DNA from: Camelus ferus
Lineage: Eukaryota
Assembly: GCF_009834535.1 (NCBI RefSeq)
Contig: NC_045697.1
Coordinates: forward strand, 8,868,001-8,932,000
DNA length: 64,000 bases
Direction of reading: 5' to 3'
Shown here in pieces: positions 51,613-64,000 of this stretch (position 1 is its first letter; each line of letters starts with the position of its first letter). The position numbers and the translations under genes were made by a program. The notes beneath the pieces are model-generated. The model ran no database searches. It worked only from the letters and a program-made list of their open reading frames with translations, and had not been told where the DNA came from.

Positions 51613-51760
51613 GAGGGGAGGATATAGCTCAATTGATAGATTGCATGCTTAGTATGCATGAAGTCCTGGGTTCAATCCCCAGTACTTCCTCTAAGAATAA
51701 ATAAATAAATGAACCTAATTACCTCCCCCAACAACAAAAAAAAAAAGAAAGAAAGAAAGA
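51613..51760 (+). mobile_element. Camelid Vic-1-like SINE
   Basis: 'ggggaggatatagctcaa...tgcatgcttag...gtcctgggttcaatccccagtac...aataaataaat...cctaattacctccccc' with an A/(GAAA)n tail. Partial TSD aaagaga(c/t)a. Confidence 0.9.
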
Positions 51761-52371
51761 AAGAGATATTGTTTTTGAGAGAGATATTCTGAACTGTTTA
51801 TAGATGAAGTAATATTATGTCTGAAGAATGCTTTGAAATTATCAGGGGTTAGAGAATGGGAAAGATATAAATGAAATAAAGTGTATCATGAATTGGTAAT
51901 AGTTGAATGCTGAAAACAGATACATGGAGTTTCACTGTATTTTTCTCTCTACTCTGGTATATGTAACTTTTTGCTAATAAGTATTTTAAAACCAGACAAA
52001 AAAGCAGTGATGGCCATACTCCATTTTTATGGAATTTCTCCACAGTCTGCTTCTCAAGCTCTTCCTTAAACCCTTTTACTCTTTCCTACCAATCTTGGCT
52101 CCATTTGCTGGTCATGGCCTCTCCATCCATGCCCTACAGGTAGATGATTTAGTTGGACAGGCTGTCTGACTTTAATTTTCCTTTTTCCATGGAAAGCTGT
52201 CTCAGCTGATATAGAGGGCTTGAAAAAGAAAGCCAGCCCAGTGGAAAGCTGAGTGAGTCATTTTTATGGTAGGCGATCATCGATAGTGACGCAGGTCGCC
52301 CAGACTGGGCCTGGTTATGGCACAATGTTCCGTGAAAGCCATGGAAATAATCCTGGTCCTTCCTTATAAGA

Positions 52372-52587
52372 CAGGGCTTCTCAGCTGAAAGGCACTAGTG
52401 GTGTTTTAGACTGGGTAAGTCTTTGCTGTGTAGGGCTGTTCTGCGCACAGTTGGACACTGAACAACACCCCGGCCTGCACCCACTAGATGTCAGTGGTAC
52501 TCCCTCCCCCAGTTACGACAACCACCTCCAGACATTTCTAAACGTCCCCTGAGAGGCAATGTCTCCTCCCCTCGCTGGGAGGCACTG
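52372..52587. mobile_element. MER20 hAT-Charlie element
   Basis: 'gggctgttctgcgcac...ccggcctgcacccactagatg...ctccagacatt...gtcccctg...ggcactg'. Confidence 0.88.
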
Positions 52588-53394
52588 TTGTAGGCAAGGC
52601 CACGCGAGGCTCTGGTTTGCTGCTCAGAACAAGCAGAGCAGAAGCCAGCGGAAATTCTTCTACTGCACACAAAATTGTCCCTGGCAAACTCTCAGCTTTG
52701 AAGTTGTTCATCTCAGCAGCTGGGGCCTCAATTTCCCCAAGATGACTCTCACAGCCCCCGTCTGTGGGAGTCAGTTGGTCATCTGTTCTGACAGGGCCCT
52801 CCCTGTGGGTGAAGAGGTGTGGTGTCAGACGCATCAAAGCCTGCTGGATGCACAGTCGCATCTCTGCACTGTGCTTGCCGGAGCACGACAACTGGGACAC
52901 TTTGATCCCAGGCTTGTTTTGGTCTGACCAGCATCACGAGCTCTGAACCTTACACTGAGTGGTGACATTGATTACACTTTCCTTTCGCTGCAAGCCTGCC
53001 AGCATAGACACCTACTCATCTTTTTATTTCCTGGGCCCACCTCCACAGACAACACTTACGTAACCTCCTTAAGGGCCTTTTCCGTGGGGCCTAGGGCTTT
53101 CCGAGTAGGTTTGGGTGGTGTATCTATTATCATTGTCTTTCCCTTGGAAGTTTTGAAGAGGCATCCTGGGTTGGCCCAGCAGAAGGGGTTTTGAGGTTGG
53201 GCCTGGACTTGTAGGAGAAGCCAAAATCTCAGAAGGAGCAAGCGGGGAGGAATAGTGTGGAGGGCCAAAAATCAAATCAGAAGGGAAGGCCAAAGTTTTT
53301 TCCAGTGCTGAGATAATGAGCCCACCTCTTGGATGGAGGGGGTGGAACCTGGGATGATTGCACATAACGGTAGCTGTCCTTCGAGGCATTTGTT

Positions 53395-53610
53395 AGGCAA
53401 ATATTTAATGGCCACTAGCTCTGTGCCAGACACTGTATTTGTGTGCTTCTCAGAACCTCCCCATGTGGCAGGCTCTGCTGTCCTGGGAATGGAGGCAGAG
53501 AGCAGTTGAGGTACCTGCTCAAAGTCACAGAGCTGGGATGCGGAAGGTGAGGGTGGGAACACAGTCTGTCTGACCCTGGAACTCAGACGTGAACTGCAGA
53601 GGTGTGCACT
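53395..53610 (-). mobile_element. MIR SINE
   Basis: 'tgtgccagacactgt...ctgctcaaagtcacagagct...gtctgtctgacc'. Confidence 0.65.
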
Positions 53611-53817
53611 GCTCTTGGAGCAGAACGCGCCTCTAGGACTGGGACCTGGGAGGGCTGGCCTAGTTTAAGATCAGGACAAGGTGGATGAGAAAATGACTTT
53701 GATCATCCTTCCGGGGGGAGGGGGGAACCAGGAAGGAGAGGAAGAGGTCTCTGGTGACAAAGGCTGAAGCCGAGCAAGGGGTGTTTGGTTTATAAGCCTC
53801 CTGAGGAAGACGTGGCT

Positions 53818-53917
53818 NNNNNNNNNNNNNNNNNNNNNNNNNNNNNNNNNNNNNNNNNNNNNNNNNNNNNNNNNNNNNNNNNNNNNNNNNNNNNNNNNNN
53901 NNNNNNNNNNNNNNNNN
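53818..53917. other. Assembly gap (100 N, conventional placeholder for unknown size)
   Basis: Run of exactly 100 N. Confidence 0.99.
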
Positions 53918-55927
53918 TGGCTGCTAAAAAATAGATTATTTGTTGATGGATCAACCCGGGCAGCTTTCCCTTCAGTTCACTTCAGCGACCATCTATTTAG
54001 TATCTATTACACTGTTAACCAGCTTTCAGGGCTGCGTTTTATCTACCCAACTAGTCATAAAGTCCTTGGAGACACCGATGTTATATAACTTTATTTTTCC
54101 TTTGTTCTCCTACAATAGCCCATACAGAACTAGGTATACATAAATACTTGTTTTGTTGATTATTAAAATGACATTCCTTTTTAGAAGAAAATAAGTACAT
54201 GCAATTTACAGTAACATTCTAATTTGGTTCTTCAGGTGGGTCGTGTTGACTCTGCTGCCTCATATATCCTCACTGGTATTTTAGTGATTAGATATTTGTC
54301 AGATCTCCCAGACCTACCTCCGTGTTTATTTTAAGCCATGTTTAGCAACTCCAGCAGTGGTTTGTGCTGGAGGGAAATTTAATAAGCATTGAATGATGAT
54401 CAGATATTGGCTGTTTTCCACCACATGAGCTGTCTAACCATTCCCTGGTCTGTCCCTGAGAACTTGCCTGAATCAGAGAAGGCATGCTACGCATTTTACA
54501 ACATGTCCCCTTCACCTCATATTTGATCAGGGAAATAGAGTGATAAGAAATTATGCTAATTAGCTGAGGGACATCCAGCTAGTTACTTCCTATATTTGGA
54601 CACTAGTTTGCTGATTTGTTAAGAAAAGAGGGAGCGCAGTGTGATCTCTGAGTTCTTTCCCTGTTGTGTAAGACTCTCCCTTCAAATGTAGGTGCTTGGA
54701 GAAGGGAATGGGGAACAGGCAGAGGGTTGACAACAAGATGTGCTGCCACATTGAGCCAGCTGCTTTTCTTCAAAGACCAGTTAGGAGTCCAATGTCGATT
54801 GAGTAGCAACACCGAGTGCAGAGAAGCTAAGGGTTTCAGATAATAATTCCCAGATGCCAATCACTATGCTGGCCACTTCCACAAAAGTACTGCTTATAAC
54901 ACGCCTAAGAGAGAGTTTTTAATTATTCTTACCATTCTTATTTATAAAACAAGGATTCATTGAGGTCAAATAGCATGCACAAAGTCCCACAGCTAGAACA
55001 CGGCAGGTCCAGAATTGGAACCCGCATCTAACTCTAAATTTGCGCACGCTCCTTCCCTTCTGCCACGCCAATTCCCAGTACTGGTAATAGCCCTCTATCT
55101 TTATTTAAACAAAGTGTGATTTTAGTGCATGTCATTAGAGGCAGCTGGAAGCATCATTAACACTTTGGGCCACAAGAGGACCATTTAGTGCAATGAAGCA
55201 GATATCTTTTCATACAAATAATTTATTTGTACCTAAGTTTTCCACTTGAGCACCCGAAGTGAATTGGGCTAATGTATTAATTTATACTAATGAGGTGGTT
55301 GCAACTCAGTGTGTTTATGAAATTCCAGACTTGCTTCCAAACCTTTTATTTGTTTTCTGTGGGGGGAGGTGGGTATCAGGTAAAATGTTACCTATATGAT
55401 TCTTATTCATTTGCACATTTGCACTCATGAAAGCTGTCTGGATGAATTATTTAATGCCCACTGCTTACACTCTTTTTAAAAGCCCATTTGAAGTGTCTTT
55501 TTAAAGACACAGAATGTGTTGATTTTGATGCCAAGTGTGAATGAATTTGAACCATAAACAAGTTTGGAATTTAGGGTGAAGCATTGAACTCTGGAGGCTT
55601 CAGTCGGCTTTCAACCTTGGCAAATGCATTCTTTAAGCTCTAAAGCAGTTACATTGGAGCAATCCAGAGGGATAACAGGGCTCTAATGGAAGTTGTCAAC
55701 AAAATTGAAAAGAAAAAGAAAGAAGGCATATTTTAAAATCCAGAGCTTGAGAGGTCTCCAACTCCAAACAACTGAGGCATAAAACTCAAGAAGGCTTCAA
55801 ACAGCTTTAATGTGCTGGCTGATCTGTCTTTTGATAGCGTGTAAAATCCAGCCTGAGAAGCCTCTGCCTGAGGGTTTCAGTACACTCATTCCAAGACTGA
55901 TTTTGCTAAAAGAACTAACTGGCATTC

Positions 55928-55934
55928 AAAGAAA

Positions 55935-55966
<32 letters not shown>

Positions 55967-56122
55967 AAAGCAGGGAAGGGAGCAGAAAAAAAGTAAGGCA
56001 AGAATGAGAATAAGACAGAGAGAGAAAGAGAGAGTCAGAGAGACAGAGATTGAATGATAGAGATGCAGAGATGCAGGAAGGGAGGGAGGGAGGAGAGAAG
56101 GAGGGAGAAGACAGGAGAAGGG
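55928..56122. repeat. (AAAAAG)n / A- and GA-rich low-complexity tract
   Basis: Directly visible in the sequence. Confidence 0.9.
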
Positions 56123-56792
56123 AGTTCTGTTTAAGGGTTAAAGATGTGGATTTGAATTCTGGTTCTGCTATTAACATGTAAGATTTCAAGCCCATCACTT
56201 GAACCAGACTTGAACCTCAGTTTCCTCATACATATAGTAGGAATAAGGATTCCAGACCTCACACTGTAGGATTATTTAAGGTGGTGAATGTGGACAATGA
56301 TGAAGATGTAAAGGGTGATGCAAATGTAGAGATTGTTAACCCTCCTCCCCAATGGTCAGCACACAAATCCTTATCTCCATGTTTCCTGTCCTCACCCTTA
56401 AGTGTCCCATGTTGCTCCTCTGATCGCAGGCAAATCTTTCCATGTTGCTCTAGATCTCACACCTAGATTTCATCTCCTTCCACTGGTCCTCCCTCTGTTG
56501 TTTGTTTCTGCTCTTCTGTATGCTTTCAATGGGCTGTTCATTTTTAGATCCTTTTTGGGAGCCTTCAAATATCCCCTGAACTTTTAGTGGCCTCTGGGCA
56601 GTAGTCCAAATTCAGGATTCTTGAAAAGTACATAACCACAAGATGCCTTCAATTATTCACCTCTAGGTCTCTTCTCAACCCATTCTACCATGGCTTTTGC
56701 CATTTCCCACTCCTCTACCACCTCCCTGCCAAAAAAAATTACCTTTCCCAAGTTTGCCAAATGATCTCCGTAAGTCAGAATCCAATGAACAG

Positions 56793-57748
56793 TTTTGTTT
56801 TTACATTTTGAAATTGAGTTATAGTTATTTTACAATGTTGTGTCAATTTCCAGTGCAGAGCACAATTTTTCAGTTATACTTGAACATACATATGTTCATT
56901 GTCACATTCTTTTTTGCTGTGAGCTACCACAAGATATTGTACATATTTCCCTGTGCTATACAGTATAATCTTGTTTATCTATTCTACATATGCCTGTCAG
57001 TATCTACAAATTTTGAAATCCCAGTCTGTCCCTTCCCACCCCTCTCCCCCTTGGCAACCACAAGTTTGTATTCTATGTCTATGAGTCTGTTTCTGTTTTG
57101 TATTTATGTTCATTTTTTTTTTTTAGATTCCACATATGAATGATCTCATATGGTAATTTTTTTTCTCTTTCTGGCTTACTTCACTTAGAATGACCTTCTC
57201 CAGGGACAGCCATGTTGCTGCAAATGGTGTTATGTTGTCATTTTTTTATGGCTGAATAGTATTCCATTGTATAAATATACTACGTCTTCTTTATCCAGTC
57301 ATTTGTCAATGGACATTTAGGCTGTTTCCATGTCTTGGCTATTGTAAATAGCACTGCTATGAACATTGGGGTGCATGTATCTTTTTGAAGTAGGGTTCCT
57401 TCTGGATATATGCCAAGGAGCGGGATTACTGGGTCATATGGTAAGTCTATTTCCCAGTCTTTTGAGGAACCTCCATACTGTTTTCCACAGTGGCTGCACC
57501 GAGCTGCATTCCCACCAGCAGTGTAGGAGGGTTCCCTTCTCTCCACAGCCTCTCCAGCATTTGTTATTTGTGGACTTTTGAATGATGGCCATTCTGACTG
57601 GTGTGAGGTGATACCTCATTGTAGTTTTGATTTGCATTTCTCTGGTAATTAGTGATACTGGGCATTTTTTTCATGGACCTATTGATCATTTGTACTTATT
57701 CCTTGGAGAATTGCTTGTTTAATTCTGTCCATTTTTGAATTGGGTTGT
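56793..57748 (-). mobile_element. Young 5'-truncated camelid L1 (~0.95 kb), same subfamily as 39712-40959, inserted in an L2
   Basis: ORFs 57434-57637 and 57280-57546 (-) are frameshifted ORF2 C-terminal pieces ([29 protein letters not shown]). The 3' UTR closely resembles the 39.7-kb copy. Confidence 0.97.
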
Positions 57749-57749
57749 G

Positions 57750-58620
57750 TAATCAGTGAAGTTTTTAGTCTCATCTAATGTGACTTTTTTGTATTCCACA
57801 CTCTTGGTTACCTTCTCTTTCTTGAAATGCTCTTTTGCTGGGGAGTCTGTGACCCCCAAACTCTCCAGCTGTTCTTGCTAGCTCTCTAGAAGCTCTTTTT
57901 CGAAGGCTGATTTTCTTCCTCCCAATCTCTGTATGTTGCAATATCTTTGGTAACAGCCCTGGGACTTTTCTCTTCTTTGTCCACACTCCCCTCCAGGCAC
58001 CAGAAATCTTCTATATAACAAATGCTCCCCAATTCACCCCTCTTCTAGCCTCTCTCTTGTCCAGGCTCACATTTCAATACTGTCCCCACAGTTCTACTTG
58101 AATGTCTCCCAGACACCTTAATCTGAACACGTTCAAAAAGGAAGCTGTGGTTTTCCTCTCGATATGCTTCTCTCTCAAGCTTTTCCAGCTCAATAAATGA
58201 CCTCATGTCTGAAACTCAGGAGTTAATTGATACCTCCTCTTCTTCACTGCTCACATTAAATTTAATGCCTCGTCCTGTTAATTCATCTCCCGAAACACTG
58301 TTGTGTTGGCCCACTTCTGTTAAGATCCACTGGTGTCACTAGTTCAAATCACCATCATTTCTCACCCGCACTAGGGTGCTGATTTCCAAGATGGTTTTCC
58401 CACATCTTCTGTTGCCCTTGATTCTATTCCTCACACAGCAATGAGTGGAGATTTTCCAGAAAAGCAAAGTTTTTATGCCATTCCCCAATTAAAATCCTTC
58501 AATTGGGCTTCCAATGGTGCTTACTATAATACCCCACAGATTTATGACAATCTGCAAGAGTCTACATGTTCTGACCTTTGCCTGTCTCCATCTGATCTCA
58601 TCTCACTCAGCAGTGATTGT
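57750..58620 (+). mobile_element. L2 LINE fragment
   Basis: 'ctacttgaatgtctcccagacaccttaa', 'ctagttcaaatcaccatcatttctcacc' and 'ttaaaatccttcaattgggcttcc'. Confidence 0.75.
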
Positions 58621-59621
58621 CTCATTCACTGCCAATCATTTCTGCCTTGGAAGCTGGAGTTTAACATTTCCCTGTGTTGCAAAGGCCAAAGAGCTACAGA
58701 GTTCAGAGCAGCGATGCCAGAAAGACAGAAGTCCTTTTTTTTTTTGTTTAGAACTTTTGTGGAAAGTATTTTTATGTGTGGGTTCCAAGGGAATTTTGGG
58801 AGAAAGGAGAACATTTAACAAATGTTGACAAATAAGGTTTTCAAGGGCTTCTTTTCATTTGTGATAAAATAGTAGTGCTGGGAGGGAGCTCAGAGATGGT
58901 CTAATTTAACTTGTTGCTTTGGAAGACGAAGAAACAGAGGCTCAGAGAAGTGAAATGACTTCATGAGATCACAGAGCTTCTTAATTTTCATACAATGTAA
59001 ATCACTTTTGTATTTGGGTATAACCATGAGTGGACCAAATTCATCTTTGTTATGCTAAAGTCATCTTTTGGTCTTCAAATGCTTCACTGCTCTTATCATG
59101 CAAAAAACCCTGTCATTTGTCTGTTCTTATGAATAAGTTTAAGGAAGGGTATTGTAAAAATGCCGCTTGAAGTTTCAACCTCATTCCTCAGTGAAAATAA
59201 AAGAACCTTTCTTTCTTTGAGAAACTTCAGGCATAGTGAAGGCATAAATGATCCAGTCAGAGGTGTCCAGGAGAGTTTTACTCCTGTACCGGAAATCCTA
59301 TCATCACAGGATACCCACGTGTCAGGCTGGTGGTGAAAGCAAAGGATAGGTATGGCTTTTCTCTAAACCTCAGTTTCCCCATATGTGGAACGGAGGTAAT
59401 ATTCATCTTATAAGTGTGTTTATGTCACAAAATGTGGTGAAAAATAAGTAAGAAAATACATTTGATGGCACTAAGCCTCTTTCATTCGCCTGTTTTGCTT
59501 TCTTGCTTCGTTGGTCAAATTATACAGCTGACTATATCTCTTCCCTGCACTGAGGGACCTGGAGAATTTGTACATGTAGACACACACACACACACACTCA
59601 CAAGCATGTAAACATATGCAT

Positions 59622-59970
59622 TATCTTACTCTGTTTGAGTTGCTATAACAAAATATCAGAGACTGAGTGGCTTAAAAATAACAAATTTATTGCTCACAGT
59701 TCTGGAAGCTGGGAAAGCCAAGATCAAGGTTCCATGTCTGGTGAGACCCAGTTCCCCAGAGACAGCCCTCTTCACACAGCAGCCGCAGGTGGCGGAAAGG
59801 GTGAGGGAGCTCTCTGAAGTCTCTTTTATAAGGGCACTAATAGAATTCATGAGGGCTCCTCCTTTGTGACTTAATCATCTCCCAAAGCCCCATCTCCTAA
59901 TACTGTCGCCTTGGGGGTTAGGTTTCAACATATGAATTTTAAGGGGGCAATAAATACTCAGTCTATCGCA
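59622..59970 (-). mobile_element. MLT1A-like solo LTR
   Basis: 'tgctataacaaaat...tttattgctcacagttctggaagctggga...ttttataagggcactaa...ggtttcaacatatgaatttt...tcagtctatcgca'. Confidence 0.92.
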
Positions 59971-61239
59971 CACATGCCCTTAGATGCTCTCCTGTGCTGC
60001 ACTTGTTACAGTTGTAATCATATAGTAATGTATTTAAATACATGTCTTGTGCCTGACTTTCTATCTGAACCTTAAGCTTTACATAAGCAAGATTCATTCC
60101 TGCTCCATTCTCTGTTGTATGTGAGCGCCTACGAATACGTGTCTACTTATGTTACATTTGTTTTGGGGGGTGTCAATTTAAGTGTCAAACACTTTTCTAA
60201 GCTCTGAGTTTCTGGCCATTTAAAAAAGTCTCTGGCTTATGGTGTTTCATTCCACTGGGGGAAGGCAGATGTTCACACATCCCTGCTCCTCCATTTCCTA
60301 GCTGTGTGACTTCAGGCAAGTTACTCAACTCATCTGTGCCCCAATTCCCTGATCTGCAAGATGAGAGACAATTCTCCACGCATCTCTCATATTTTGGTAC
60401 CGTTTGCTAACAGCTCTTGTTTTGGACCAAGTTTTCAAGTGTATCTGTACAGCAAATAGTCTTGGAAGACCTATCATCTTCCTCCAGTGAGGAGGACGGA
60501 GTTGTTCCCTGGTTCTTATTTTATAAAAAGGTAATGTCTCCCTTTGAGGCAAATTTCGGGCAGGTTTGACAGCGGCCTCATTATAAGATCTGAGGGTTTC
60601 TTAATCTCAGGTTCCTTAAATGTCATGCAGGGCCACAGTGTACACAGCCTCCACGTGGGTCCACCAGCCTCATCCCCGTGGGACCTGGGGAGAGCAAAGT
60701 TTGAAGTTCTGATGAAGCTAATCTGCTGTGAGCCCAGGGTGTGGGTATTTTCCTTAGAATCTCTTCAGATAATTTAGCGGAACTTCTAGGGCTGAAAAAC
60801 ACAACTGTAGGGATAATGTTGCAAAGTTTCTAGTTCATTTGCTCCCTTTCTGGCCAGAGGGGCGGGGACGCCCTTTTCCATCTAGTTCACAAGCAGCTTG
60901 TTCCCTTGGGCAGCTTTGTCCCTGGTGTCCTCGCTCCTGTCCAAGCACTACTTGCAGTTAATGGTGAACCTGTGTCTATGGCCTTGAGCAGCCCAGCCAG
61001 GAAAGAATTTACATTTTTACTACCTTTTCACCTTTTACTGAAAAAGATGTATTATGTTATCATGGGCAGATGCTTCGAAGATAATAAAAATGATCCAGGG
61101 TTTGTCATTCAAGCTCACACTGTTCTCAGGGAGTGGGAAAGAGGGTGTAGGTGGGTGGTGGGCTGTGAAGGGTTTAAGCAAGATCAACCTGTCAAGACAC
61201 CTGAATTTCTTCCTTTCCAAATACTGTTATCTCCACGTG

Positions 61240-61465
61240 GTGGCTAAGGGCGAGGGCTCTGGGGTCAAACACTGGAGTTTAAGCCCCAGCTCAGGCATTT
61301 ACTAACTTTATAACCTTGGAATTTTTTGGTGACTCAGTTTCCTTGTCTGTCATGTAGAGCCGTATCCATGCCGCATACAATTTTGAGGATTGAATTGTAG
61401 GAATTATATGATGAAAAAATCACCTGGCACAAAGTAGGTGTCTCCAAAACAAAGCTATTATTACT
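61240..61465 (+). mobile_element. MIR SINE
   Basis: 'gggctctggggtcaaac...ctcagtttccttgtctgt...cctggcacaaagtaggtg...agctattatt'. Confidence 0.75.
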
Positions 61466-62517
61466 GTCACCTCTTGGATGCGTTCCTCTTCACCCCTGGG
61501 CCCCTGCCTCTGGTGAAGCCCACACCATCCCTTCCCTGTACGTCTGCAGTCGCCTCTTAGCCGGGTTCCTTGCCTCCATCTGCCTCAAATCTATCTGGTA
61601 CGTGGCCTGCCCTGCCGTCTTCTGGGCACACTGCTTTTATCAAGCCGTTCAACTACTCAGTTACTTTAACAGTTCCCTTTGCTGCATCAGCCCCAGCTCA
61701 TCTGCCCTCTTTCCCAGTCCCCTAAGATTCCACCTGGACCTTGGTTGGCTAAGGACACTCATCCCCGTTCTCTCCCACCCACGCCACCTTCACCACCTCC
61801 CCATTGAACCATTTCCCTCTTTCCTCCTCCCATATGCTTTAAACTTTCGTCTCCCCGCCTTTGCTGGCACTGCCCCTTGAGTACAGGCTCCTTGCCTTCT
61901 CCTATGTGGTTATGTAAATCCAAAGTCTACAAAACTGGCGTTGTCAGCTCCAGTTAACTTCATCCTTTGACTTCAGCCGACACCACTGACTTTTCTCTGA
62001 ACTGCGTGCTTGGTGAGGGTATTCATCTGTGAACCAAGCAGCCCCCGCCCCACTCTCAGTGGTGCAGCCCTCAGCAGTTCTTGTCTCACTGCTGTCACAG
62101 CCACATGGAGACCTCTCTGTCTATGCGTGCGGGGTCCCTGTGCCCCAGCATTTACTGAGGGCTCAGCCTCTTTCTTAGAGTGGGCCCACCATTTCCCAGA
62201 GCCTTTGTGTCCTCTGCTGCATTCTCTGCACTGATCATAGGTGAATGGACACAGAAGATGGGGCCAGGCATGAATGAAGCATATATCACATCTGCCCACA
62301 TTTTTTTGTCTGAACTTGGTGTCCTAGACCTTCCTAATTTGTAATGGGGGCCAGGAAATACTGCCTGCCTTTGTGAGCAGGTGGTACAGGAAATGGAAAA
62401 TGGCCACCACGCAACGTGCCCTCTGCCGCACTCACTGCAGCGTGGTTTAACAGTTGGTGTTTCCAGTTGCTTTGCAAATAGACCTCTGTTCCCCTAGGTT
62501 GCAGCCATTTGGGATGA

Positions 62518-62865
62518 CGCTGTGGTCTGACTGTGTCCCATCCTCTCCCATATTTATATGTTGGAATCCTGATTCCCAGTGTGATGGGATTAGGGGGTGG
62601 GGCCTTGGCCAGGTGATTAGAACAGGAGGGTGGAGCCGTCATGAATGGGGCTAGTGCTTTTTCAAAAGAGACCCCACAGAGCTTCCTTGCCCCTTCCACC
62701 ATGTGCAGACACCATGAGAGGATGGCAGTCTGCAGCCTGGATGACGGCTTTCAGTAGAGAATGGTGATGCTGGACTTCTCAGCCTCCAGAGAGAAATAAA
62801 TTTCTGTTGCTTATAAATCATCCGATGTGTGGTATGTTGTTATAGCAGCCTGACAGACAAAGACA
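62518..62865 (+). mobile_element. MLT1A-like solo LTR
   Basis: 'atatgttggaatcct...aggtgattag...catgaatgggg...cagcctccaga...aataaatttctgttg...gttatagcagcc...aagaca'. Confidence 0.92.
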
Positions 62866-63206
62866 GATACTTTCTTAAAACACAAAATGTGCTGATATTT
62901 TCCTCCAGGACGGTACTGGCAAGAGGTGAGATGTGATCAGTTTTTCCTCGTCTTGGATTCTGCAGTGCCCCTGGTTGACTTCTCTGAGGATACAGAGGTG
63001 CCATCTGGCCACAAGAAGGACATCTGACATAAGAGAGGGTGTTGAGAGGGAAGTAAGGGGGTAGGTAGAATGAATAAAGAATTTTGCATTTTATCAAGAT
63101 ACAGGTGTTGGAATCTTTACAAAATACTTACCCCACCCCAAACATCACACACCCTTTCTGGATGCATCTTTCTATTCTGGCTGGTTGGAGAACACATGGT
63201 GGGGGG

Positions 63207-63669
63207 TGTTGTGGGTCAAATTATGCCCCCCCCAATACCTGTGAATGTGACCTTGTTTGGAATTAGGATCTTTGGAGATGAAACTGAGCTAAGATGAGGT
63301 CACACTGAAGTAGCGTGGCTGTGTATAACCCAACGACTGGTGTCCTTTTAAGAAGAGAGAAATTTGGGTGCTGACATGCAGAGAGGAGAATACAATGTGA
63401 AGACAGAGACACAGCCACAGGGGAAAGACGGACATGAAGGTGGGGGCAGAGATTGGCGTGAGGCAGCCATAAGCCCAGGAACACCGAGGTTTACCAGCAA
63501 CACCAGAAGGTGGAAGAAGCAAGAAGGTTTCTTCCCCAGAGACTTCAGAGGAAGCGTGTCCCTGCCAAGGCCTTGATTTCTGACGTCTAGCCTCCAGATC
63601 TGAGGGAATACATTTCTGTTGTTTAAAGGCCTTGTGACACTTTGTTATGGCAGCGCCAGGAAACACACA
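63207..63669 (+). mobile_element. MLT1C-like solo LTR
   Basis: 'tgttgtggg...acctgtgaatgtgaccttgtttgga...gactggtgtcctt...ggcagagattgg...ttgttatggcagcgccaggaaac'. Confidence 0.92.
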
Positions 63670-64000
63670 GAAATGCTCTGTCCATTTCACTGTGCTTATC
63701 CCCCGAGCCTTGCTCAGTGCCTGGCTCATGGTCCTCTAGAGATGTCGACTGAACAGCAAAGAGACATTCCTTAGGGGCGAGGATTTCTCTTTCTTGCTCT
63801 CAGATCCCACTGGCAAAGCACAGGGGAGCACTTGGTTCAGAGAACTGGTTCAGAGAGCTGGCTCAGTCGTGAGACGTCCCCCTTGACGGCTGATGGAGGT
63901 GAGCTGGGGATTGAGAGTGACGGGCTCCCCAGTACGCAGGAGTGCCAGACAATTAGCTTCCTCCCTCAGGGTGTCCACGGATCTGAGACCAGCTCTTTCG

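Larger units (their letters stand above)
49470..51990 (+). mobile_element. Old L1MC/L1MD-type 3' region hosting two younger insertions
   Basis: The sequence is continuous across the young L1 TSD. It has the L1M-type terminus 'ggtaatagttgaatgctg...gatacatggagtttcactgtattttctctctactctggtatatgt'. Confidence 0.7.

Noticed and set aside
1..64000. CRISPR array, operon, horizontally acquired or novel coding system
   Set aside because: There are no regularly spaced repeats, long ORFs or compositional anomalies. Everything seen fits ordinary mammalian non-coding DNA.

Overview
This is a repeat-rich mammalian window, almost certainly from a camelid (alpaca, llama or camel). It carries three Vic-1-type tRNA-derived SINEs and young cetartiodactyl-type L1 3' ends. 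I found no recognisable protein-coding gene, RNA gene or CpG-island promoter, so it reads as intergenic or deep-intronic DNA. The only recognisable peptides in the ORF track are L1 ORF2 C-terminal remnants and decayed L2 ORF. The rest are spurious ORFs in LTRs, low-complexity tracts or unique non-coding sequence. Much of the window is interspersed repeat: MIR, L2, old L1M, young L1, MLT1/MLT2/LTR16 solo LTRs and MER2/MER5/MER20/MER33/Tigger2 DNA transposons, several nested with visible target-site duplications (TSDs). There is a 100-N assembly gap at 53818-53917. The best leads are candidate enhancers in the unique islands (E-box/MEF2 cluster, paired MEF2 with AP-1/TEAD, homeobox/FOX-rich blocks) and a few + strand splice-signal configurations that could be lncRNA exons or a recursive splice site. 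All repeat family calls were made by eye from recalled consensus sequences and boundaries are approximate. I do not see evidence for a novel biological system.
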